A program made the position numbers and the translations under genes. A stretch of DNA of 41,109 nt from a virus (taxonomy: Duplodnaviria > Heunggongvirae > Uroviricota > Caudoviricetes), in IMG/VR virus record IMGVR_UViG_3300012933_000388, positions 64,001 to 105,109 of that record; one strand, given 5' to 3'. Positions 10,144 to 16,989 of the stretch are shown here, one piece after another. Positions within the stretch are counted from its first letter, which is position 1. Each line of letters begins with the position of its first letter. A model generated the notes under the pieces. It saw only the letters and a list, made by a program, of their open reading frames with translations. It ran no database searches and was not told where the DNA came from.

Positions 10144-10837
10144 TTGATTGAATCATCCGCACCTGTGGATTGAATTCATTACCCATCCACAACCAATCTT
10201 CTCCAAACTCCAACTGGTATAATGAATTATACTCAACCGCATGTTCGAAGTCGGCTGGTTTGCGAGCAAAGGCGTCATGTGGCTCAAAATACTTAATGAT
10301 GCCTCCATTATTCCTGATCGTCTCATCGACGAAATTCTGCTCTCCATTAACGGGTGGATGAGCCACTTGCAGATCGAGGATGTATCTTCTCATCCAGTAG
10401 GATGGGTTATCGTGGAATACATCTGGAATACACGTATGGTCACCACCAATGAACTTGTAGAGGCCTCCGTTAATAGTAAACCCCTTACCTTTGTATCTGG
10501 TCCACCACCGATATGGAGCAACTAGCTCATTGTTGTTGACGGGCGCATTGAATATATCTGTGACGTCACCAACGAACGTCCAATCTAAATCAGACACGAA
10601 ACATACCTGGCCCTTTGGGGCCATATTAAAGAAGTCGACCTTATGCCACTGCCTTCTTCCATCGTCGTTGCTTATAGGTATCACTTCGATGTGTTTGTCG
10701 AATGCGGCCTTGTCGTATGTGGTGTAGCAATGAACCTGTAGAGGTAAGTCTACGTGGTCCTGCAGCTGTCGGTGAAATCTCTCGACGTGTTGTGGAGTGT
10801 AGTTTGGCCCCGTACAGACTGTGTATACTGGAATCAT
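10136..10837 (-). CDS. GT-A-like glycosyltransferase
   Basis: VCTGPNYTPQHVERF, WHKVDFF, SDLDW (DxD), INGGLYKF and GEQNFV; same family as 11427-12104. Confidence 0.7.
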   Translation of the reverse strand: MIPVYTVCTGPNYTPQHVERFHRQLQDHVDLPLQVHCYTTYDKAAFDKHIEVIPISNDDGRRQWHKVDFFNMAPKGQVCFVSDLDWTFVGDVTDIFNAPVNNNELVAPYRWWTRYKGKGFTINGGLYKFIGGDHTCIPDVFHDNPSYWMRRYILDLQVAHPPVNGEQNFVDETIRNNGGIIKYFEPHDAFARKPADFEHAVEYNSLYQLEFGEDWLWMGNEFNPQVRMIQSII

Positions 10838-11430
10838 AGTTTTAGTATTGCAATCTGCGATGAATCAGGAATATCGAGAACCTCTATCCTACCCCAGTTG
10901 CAGTGGATGAACGCATCGATTGCTAATCTTGGTGATAATGAGGGATCGCCAGACTTTTCCTTAGAAGCATGTTTTGTATATTTCCAACGCGTTGCATCAT
11001 CGAGTAGCAACACACCCCCTGAACGGATCATCTGAAACGCTCTGACCACATCCTCTAGTACAGAGCTTGATGTGTGATCGCCATCGATGTATATGAAGTC
11101 GAATGTGTCTTTAATATCACACAACACATCTACAGATCTACACTCGTAAAACCTTACTTTATTTTTGTGATTACATTGATTGAGATTTTCAAGGAACCTA
11201 TCTTTAACCATGTCGAGTATTGTATCGTCGACTTCATAGTTTCCACGGAAGGGGTCGATTGCAATGTGCGATTGTATCGACGTGTAAGTGTCTAGCATCC
11301 AGAATGTAGTACGCCCCTCAAACACACCAATCTCCATAGTGCGGGCTGGACTGACGATGTACTTGTTGAATATGAATGTAATATTTTTGGTGCTGGCTTT
11401 AGACCAATCAACAATATAGTTGTAACTCAT
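10834..11430 (-). CDS. Class I SAM-dependent methyltransferase (Methyltransf_24-like)
   Basis: MEIGVFEGRTT, FDFIYIDGDH and GGVLLLDD. The ATG at 11430 (ATGA overlap with the upstream stop) is preferred over the TTG at 11436. Confidence 0.88.
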   Translation of the reverse strand: MSYNYIVDWSKASTKNITFIFNKYIVSPARTMEIGVFEGRTTFWMLDTYTSIQSHIAIDPFRGNYEVDDTILDMVKDRFLENLNQCNHKNKVRFYECRSVDVLCDIKDTFDFIYIDGDHTSSSVLEDVVRAFQMIRSGGVLLLDDATRWKYTKHASKEKSGDPSLSPRLAIDAFIHCNWGRIEVLDIPDSSQIAILKL

Positions 11431-12104
11431 ACCCAATATTCTTTCACCAATATATCATCAGGCACATCAGTCTGCTTAGGATATCCGTGAAATATACAAA
11501 CGTCATATAGTGGGCGATGTTTAAATTTGACCGAATCACATAAGTCGGCGCCACGACGGTACGAGTATACTACGCCGCGGGGTAAAGTATCCACTTTCAT
11601 CTTCTCGTGCCATAAGAAACGGTCGACGCCTTTATATGTCGCCATGTGCTTCTCAGGATCTTGTATGAAGTAATCGTAAATCTCAGAGGCATCTTTCCAG
11701 ATCATAATACTGGAGTTGTACATCGTGTTGCGTTCTTGCCAGTCGGATAGAATGATAGGATCTTTCCAATACGCCATGCATACAGTAAGGTTGTCTGAAG
11801 CTAATTCGAATAGACGATCGATCTCGCCGTGAATTATAACATCAAGATCGAACAACATCTTAACATCATGTTGTTGTAATCTGGGGTGAACAAGTAATGG
11901 AATTTTGAACCACCACGTTTCAAATTCGTCAGCAGACTCGATTGGTATGATGTGGATGGATTGATCGATCCCGGTAGGGTCATCTGTGTAGCAATAAATA
12001 GGGGTGAGGGGGTTACCCCAACGCCGAAGCATCGAAGCTAATTTGTTGACATACTCGGCCGAATATTTCTGGCCCCACTTCAGGCAGACATAGCAATTGT
12101 TCAT
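11427..12104 (-). CDS. GT-A-like glycosyltransferase
   Basis: CLKWGQKYSAEYVNKL, WWFKI, FDLDV (DxD), YNSSIMIW, GVDRFL and FHGYPK. Confidence 0.75.
   Translation of the reverse strand: MNNCYVCLKWGQKYSAEYVNKLASMLRRWGNPLTPIYCYTDDPTGIDQSIHIIPIESADEFETWWFKIPLLVHPRLQQHDVKMLFDLDVIIHGEIDRLFELASDNLTVCMAYWKDPIILSDWQERNTMYNSSIMIWKDASEIYDYFIQDPEKHMATYKGVDRFLWHEKMKVDTLPRGVVYSYRRGADLCDSVKFKHRPLYDVCIFHGYPKQTDVPDDILVKEYWV
11993..12000 (+). promoter_or_regulatory. Possible late promoter (AATAAATA) for the radical SAM operon
   Basis: ATAAATA core about 130 nt upstream of ATG 12127, inside the opposite-strand gene. Confidence 0.45.
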
Positions 12105-12126
12105 ATTATAATGTTTTGAGGAATGT

Positions 12127-13164
12127 ATGTATATTTATCGCGATGGATTAGAATCAATGCACATCGAGCTTACAAATAAATGTAACGCTAGATGTCCCCA
12201 ATGCTCACGAACCAACAACCCGCTGGTTGAAGATAACCAGGTCGAGATCACCCTACAGCAATTTAAGCAATATTTTGATGGTGAGTTCATACGTGGGCTG
12301 AAGAAGATTAAGTTCTGTGGAAACTTTGGCGATCCTGCCATGGCTAAAGACTGCATCGCAATACATCAGTATATTGTCGATTGCAATCCAGACATTAACT
12401 TATCCTTCGACACAAATGGTGGAATCAGAACAACGACATTCTGGAAACAGCTCGGTGCATTTTACATCGGCAAGCGTGAGAGTTACATAATCTTTCATAT
12501 CGATGGTATGGAAGATACAAACCATATCTACAGGGCAGACGTGAGCTTCTCGAACGTGATGAAGAACGCAAAAGCCGCCATATCGACAGGGGCGCAAGTG
12601 GTGTGGGCATTTATTCCATTCATGCATAACGAACATCAAGTCGAAGAGGCAGAAGCATTATCGAAGCAGATGGGATTCTTTAAATTTGCAGTCAAGATCA
12701 GTTCGAGATTTGAACACAAGCTACACCCATTCTCATACAAAGATTCTAAGACCGGTCTGACTAAACAGATATACCCAGCAACGTCCTCTGAGTTTAACGT
12801 CACGGAGCTACTAGCAAACTTAGACAAGCCTGTGTGTACGGCTGAGAAGAGAAAAGAGATATATGTGGATGCTAGAGGTCGAGTCTTACCATGTTGTTGG
12901 TATGGGTCTGGATATGAGACGAATAGCGACTTCCGTCATGCAGTTGATGGGTGCCATACGCCAAACCTCGAAAGCACTCCTGTCAAACAGGCAATTACTA
13001 CCCCATTGTTCCATAATATCAAGGCATCATGGGACACCCCGGAAAATGTACTAAACAAGCCATGCTATAAAAAATGTAGTGGCAAGCTGATGCATTTTTG
13101 GCTGATCGATGGCACTATCACACCTCAAAAGAACTACACTGAGTGGTTGAGGGAAGAGTTGTGA
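12127..13164 (+). CDS. Radical SAM protein with C-terminal SPASM/Twitch-type Cys motifs
   Basis: CNARCPQC, FCGNFGDP and TNGG; auxiliary cluster motifs C...IYVDARGRVLPCCW and C...CYKKC. Confidence 0.92.
   Translation: MYIYRDGLESMHIELTNKCNARCPQCSRTNNPLVEDNQVEITLQQFKQYFDGEFIRGLKKIKFCGNFGDPAMAKDCIAIHQYIVDCNPDINLSFDTNGGIRTTTFWKQLGAFYIGKRESYIIFHIDGMEDTNHIYRADVSFSNVMKNAKAAISTGAQVVWAFIPFMHNEHQVEEAEALSKQMGFFKFAVKISSRFEHKLHPFSYKDSKTGLTKQIYPATSSEFNVTELLANLDKPVCTAEKRKEIYVDARGRVLPCCWYGSGYETNSDFRHAVDGCHTPNLESTPVKQAITTPLFHNIKASWDTPENVLNKPCYKKCSGKLMHFWLIDGTITPQKNYTEWLREEL
12132..12138 (-). promoter_or_regulatory. Probable late promoter (gATAAATAt on the minus strand) for the GT-MTase-GT operon
   Basis: TATTTAT on the plus strand, about 28 nt upstream of the minus-strand ATG at 12104. 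Confidence 0.6.
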
Positions 13165-13748
13165 TTTATACACATACGGTGGGATCGGTCACCGCTACTA
13201 TATCTGATAGTATGACCAGCGACTTCCAATTCTTAATGGAAGGTGCAGCTGCTGAGGGAGCTACTGAGTATTCACGGCTCGAGCTTGGGGGGAAGTATGA
13301 GTATAGTGTCGTAATGTCATACAATGATATCCCATATGGATTTTTCCTTATGTGCAATGGAGGACGATATGCTCCCGATGTGTTAAGGGTATACACTAAG
13401 CTGTATACGATTCCACAATTCAGATCAGCTGCCGGCATCGGCCGATATCTATTACCAACAGATACAGCAATTGGAGTGACCTACACCTCACATAGCATCA
13501 TTGCAAACTTTGTTGAGGACGTCTTACCATCAGCAGGGGTGGGGCCTTACAACTTCTATTTTTACTCACGAGCACCCAATGATACTACAATTGTGTCTTT
13601 GATGAATAAATTCGCAAGAGTGAAATGGAATGTGTCCGATGACCGACTATACTTTGTGGGCAAGAAGGAAACAAATCCACAAAGTTGGAAGCACATCATA
13701 TACAAGGGTGACCTATCAAAGTTCACCCAGCCATCTAAGGCTATCTGA
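13161..13748 (+). CDS. Hypothetical protein with a GNAT-like acyltransferase motif
   Basis: GTG at 13161 (GTGA overlap, upstream gaggga RBS) is preferred over 13143. LYTIPQFRSAAGIGRYLL resembles GNAT motif A. Confidence 0.5.
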   Translation: MIYTHTVGSVTATISDSMTSDFQFLMEGAAAEGATEYSRLELGGKYEYSVVMSYNDIPYGFFLMCNGGRYAPDVLRVYTKLYTIPQFRSAAGIGRYLLPTDTAIGVTYTSHSIIANFVEDVLPSAGVGPYNFYFYSRAPNDTTIVSLMNKFARVKWNVSDDRLYFVGKKETNPQSWKHIIYKGDLSKFTQPSKAI

Positions 13749-14445
13749 CCTTCTTATCGAGAAGCCTTACTATCGCTGCTCCCAAATCCCACTTACCAAA
13801 CACTGGGTCTCGTGGATGTGTGTGATGATGGTCGTGGTATGTTTCTCCAGCAAGTAGCCATGAAAGATATGGACGGCTGATTGCCTTCCCGTCCTTGTGG
13901 CCGAGATAGTTTACAGACGCTTGACCAAGAAACCCATACGTGTTAATGATCGTCCAAGACATTGGACCAAACAATATACACATCACAATAAAACCTACAA
14001 GAGCGATTGGAAGATAATACTTCATCTGTGCTTGGTATAGCGGATTGCGTAGATTTGTTTTATTGGCATATGCCATGTTGAAATCGTAGTATGCAATCAT
14101 CAGGTTGGCCCAGATACCTTTGTGAGGTCCATGTGGGTCCTTATCTGTGTCGACGTATCGGTGATGTTTGTTGTGAGTCGCAGCCCATGATAATACTTGC
14201 GTAAAGGCAAATGCAGCACCAAGGCTGAGAAACATTACCTCTGCCCACTTAGGACACTCCCAAGCATAATGAGTGACGAATCTGTGATAATATGCAGACA
14301 CAACACCTGCCACCACAATCATCCCAACGACGAACCACACCAAGTATACCCATTGTGGATCGACTACGATATTATACAGCGTGTATAATGCGCTAGCAAA
14401 AAATATCGTTTGCTGAATAATCTTTTGTATCCATGTTGGGATCAT
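13741..14445 (-). CDS. Membrane fatty acid desaturase (delta-9/DesC-OLE1-like)
   Basis: Three His boxes YYHRFVTH, HNKHH..D...DPH and GETYHDHHH; hydrophobic TM segments. Confidence 0.9.
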   Translation of the reverse strand: MIPTWIQKIIQQTIFFASALYTLYNIVVDPQWVYLVWFVVGMIVVAGVVSAYYHRFVTHYAWECPKWAEVMFLSLGAAFAFTQVLSWAATHNKHHRYVDTDKDPHGPHKGIWANLMIAYYDFNMAYANKTNLRNPLYQAQMKYYLPIALVGFIVMCILFGPMSWTIINTYGFLGQASVNYLGHKDGKAISRPYLSWLLAGETYHDHHHTHPRDPVFGKWDLGAAIVRLLDKKVR

Positions 14446-15251
14446 ATGTTCGCCTCATAGTTCAGCTCAATGCCGAATTCGCGAAGACTCTCTTTGGCCT
14501 TCCAGTAGTTATCTCCGGAGACACACTCCATCATTGCATCCTTGTCGGTCCACATAAAATCATAAACTCTGCTAGAAGGCGTGTTGCTGCCTTTGCACCC
14601 ATACACCTTCTTTGTTTTATAGAACGCTTCGTTCATAAACGGCATCATAAAGTTTTGTTCGATTGTTGACCTTATATCTTGTATTCCATCAAAACGGCTT
14701 AGTATATCACTATTTGTGTAGTCATACTCTACTCGTAAACCATACGTCTTTGTCGGGGCTAAGTTATCACATGCATATTCAGTCATAATAAAATGCGTAC
14801 GTGATTCGATGCCTCCGTTGACTGCAGTGTGGTGTGCTTCAGCTGAGTTGATTTGTCGAATTCTACCATCTGCGGGTAAATGATACCCACGTTGCTTATC
14901 ATAATCATAATAGAAACTGCCACGATTCTCAATCACCGATAGATGATACTTGTTATCGGGATCGTTGTGATGACGCAAGCAGAAGCCAGCTGGTAATATA
15001 ATGAACACAGATCGGTTCATAAGGAACGGCATCTCTTCAATCACCCGCTCGAACACAGTACCGTTTAGTATAGGGTTAATGATGGGCCGATGGAAGTATG
15101 TGTAGTCTTCAAACTCTGGATTTTCAGCAAAGCATGCTTGTAATATTCCATTGCGCGCAACATGCGGGAGGATCTTTGTCTCCCAGTCGTGCTTGACCTC
15201 CATTGGATCATACCGATACTCGCCAAATAATTGTACAGACTCGTGCATCAT
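14442..15251 (-). CDS. Asp/Asn beta-hydroxylase-family (2OG-Fe(II)) oxygenase with an extra C-terminal domain
   Basis: LPAGFCLRHHNDPDNKYHL...HLPADG...INSAEAHHTAVNGG..SRTHFI (HxD...H...R). Confidence 0.7.
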   Translation of the reverse strand: MMHESVQLFGEYRYDPMEVKHDWETKILPHVARNGILQACFAENPEFEDYTYFHRPIINPILNGTVFERVIEEMPFLMNRSVFIILPAGFCLRHHNDPDNKYHLSVIENRGSFYYDYDKQRGYHLPADGRIRQINSAEAHHTAVNGGIESRTHFIMTEYACDNLAPTKTYGLRVEYDYTNSDILSRFDGIQDIRSTIEQNFMMPFMNEAFYKTKKVYGCKGSNTPSSRVYDFMWTDKDAMMECVSGDNYWKAKESLREFGIELNYEANI

Positions 15252-15445
15252 ACTCTAGTTCTCACTGATGAATTGTGGGCGGATGTAGGCAATGAAAAGT
15301 CGTATGCAGCAAACTTATCTTCGTTCAATCGTTTGATGAGATCTTCGAATGCGGCTGTTTGAGTCGGCCCTGTACCCATATACACTTTATCGGATGAGCG
15401 GATCAGCGCCATCGTCTTTCCGTTGTGTGTGGAATATTTTATCAT
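15248..15445 (-). CDS. Small hypothetical protein (~65 aa)
   Basis: Packed between fabF-like and oxygenase genes; ATG at 15445 is preferred over the TTG at 15460; no ACP DSL motif. Confidence 0.55.
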   Translation of the reverse strand: MIKYSTHNGKTMALIRSSDKVYMGTGPTQTAAFEDLIKRLNEDKFAAYDFSLPTSAHNSSVRTRV

Positions 15446-15446
15446 T

Positions 15447-16568
15447 TCATGCTTTCTCAATAATCATGCTAGCGCATTTACCACCAAACCCAAACGAGTT
15501 GTTTAGGGTCTTGGTGATGTTTGTGTGAATGGGGGCCTGTACAATATTGAAATCGGAATCTATGCACCCTTGTGTATGTGGGACTATGCCTCTATTCATC
15601 GAGATGATGCTGTATATCGTTTCAATGACGCCGGCGGCAGCAAACGTATGGCCAATCTTACCTTTGTTTGAGTATACCAAAGTTTCTCCCACAACGTCAA
15701 CGATGGCATTGTATTCTACCTCGTCTCCGCCGGGCGTTGATGTGCCATGAGCATTGACTGCTTCTGGCATTCCGCCATATTTGATGGCCTGACGCATGGC
15801 TTCTCTAGCCCCCTCACCACTTGGTAGCGTCCTATCAAATGCATCCGACGCATGGCCAGCCGGATACACATAACCGTATATTTTAGCCCCACGAGCTTTT
15901 GCCTTTGCTTCTGATTCCAGGATAACAACTCCTGCCCCCTCTCCCATCACAAAACCTTTACGGGATTTGTCGAATGGTGTGGATTGAGACGAAAGCGCCT
16001 TGAAGGATGAGAACAACGACATATCAATGTAATTGACACCAGCGTCCGCTCCTCCTGCAATAACATAGTCGTATTGATCGACAAACTTCATTGCAAAGTC
16101 TATCGTCACGAGGCCCGTAGCACAAGCTGAATACATACAGGTATTGATCCCCCTAAACCCATAGTATAGAGATACATAACCACATAGTGCGTCTGCCGTG
16201 CTATTGATTCCTTTTTTGGGACTGATACGGTCGCGAGAAATCATGTCGTATGTGTACTCGTTTCCTCCAGTCAGCGAGGATAAAAACACACCAACATTAT
16301 CGGTGATGAGTACATTAGCGTGTCTAATTGCTTGGTCAACGGCGTGCACGCCGTACCGCATTGTTCTTGGCAAGAACCTTTGGTCTGTGTTTTCCGGGAA
16401 GATCTCGGTCCCTTGAGCAGGGAACAATGAGCGCTCGATTGCGCAGCCTGGAACTAGCAACGATGTTGAGCTGTAATATGTGTTGGAATCGATCATTTTA
16501 TCGAAGTTATCGTCGGGATTGTTCCCTAACGCATCGATTAATCCATATCCTGTTATACACACTCTCAT
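15447..16568 (-). CDS. fabF: Beta-ketoacyl-ACP synthase (FabF/FabB family)
   Basis: ITGYGLI, catalytic SACATG (Cys), GEGAGVVILE, NAHGTST (His), KGKIGHT (His) and NNSFGFGG; GGAG RBS 5 nt before the ATG. Confidence 0.92.
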   Translation of the reverse strand: MRVCITGYGLIDALGNNPDDNFDKMIDSNTYYSSTSLLVPGCAIERSLFPAQGTEIFPENTDQRFLPRTMRYGVHAVDQAIRHANVLITDNVGVFLSSLTGGNEYTYDMISRDRISPKKGINSTADALCGYVSLYYGFRGINTCMYSACATGLVTIDFAMKFVDQYDYVIAGGADAGVNYIDMSLFSSFKALSSQSTPFDKSRKGFVMGEGAGVVILESEAKAKARGAKIYGYVYPAGHASDAFDRTLPSGEGAREAMRQAIKYGGMPEAVNAHGTSTPGGDEVEYNAIVDVVGETLVYSNKGKIGHTFAAAGVIETIYSIISMNRGIVPHTQGCIDSDFNIVQAPIHTNITKTLNNSFGFGGKCASMIIEKA

Positions 16569-16615
16569 TGCTGCTCCAATAATCTAATAATAGTATCTAG
16601 GCGATCTTTACAACT

Positions 16616-16623
16616 TATAAATA
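16616..16623 (+). promoter_or_regulatory. T4-type late promoter TATAAATA
   Basis: Exact consensus in intergenic DNA, 31 nt upstream of ATG 16655. Confidence 0.85.
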
Positions 16624-16654
16624 AGCAAGACATATCAAAATTGCGAATAAAACC

Positions 16655-16984
16655 ATGGCCATAAAAGCAAATCTCATCATTGATCAGGGAACAACGTATT
16701 CCACTACTATCGACGTCACCGACGATAATGACGTGCCTATCAATCTGTCTGGATATACTGGCTCTGCGCAGTTAAGAAAACACTATTCATCGTCAAACTC
16801 GACCATATTTACAGTATCGCTAGCGCCGCTAGATGGTATCGTTATTCTGAGTTTGACTTCAACCCAGACCGCCGCATTAAAGGCCGGTCGTTATGTTTAT
16901 GATGTCGAGCTGACAAACACATCGAATGTTGTGTCTCGAATTGTGGAAGGAATAGTCACAGTTACCCCACAAGTTACGAGATAA
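16655..16984 (+). CDS. Small Ig-like structural protein (BppU-N-like fibre/baseplate adaptor)
   Basis: NLIIDQGTTY...GSAQLRKHYSS...LSLTSTQTAALKAGRYVYDVEL...RIVEGIVTVTPQVTR pattern. Confidence 0.75.
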   Translation: MAIKANLIIDQGTTYSTTIDVTDDNDVPINLSGYTGSAQLRKHYSSSNSTIFTVSLAPLDGIVILSLTSTQTAALKAGRYVYDVELTNTSNVVSRIVEGIVTVTPQVTR

Positions 16985-16989
16985 AATAG

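Noticed and set aside
15248-15460. Small ORF next to fabF as an acyl carrier protein
   Set aside because: No (D/G)xDSL phosphopantetheine motif and not acidic like ACPs.
16569-16611. Sigma70-like promoter for the fabF operon (TTGTAA ... TACTAT/TATTAT on the minus strand)
   Set aside because: Spacing is 12 or 15 nt rather than ~17. Only a weak TAAATA core exists on the minus strand at 16806-16811, so the expression class of this operon cannot be called.
16981-16988. ATAAAATA just before the giant fibre gene as a late promoter
   Set aside because: It has one extra A relative to consensus and overlaps the stop codon 1 nt from the ATG; the gene is adequately served by TATAAATA at 16616.
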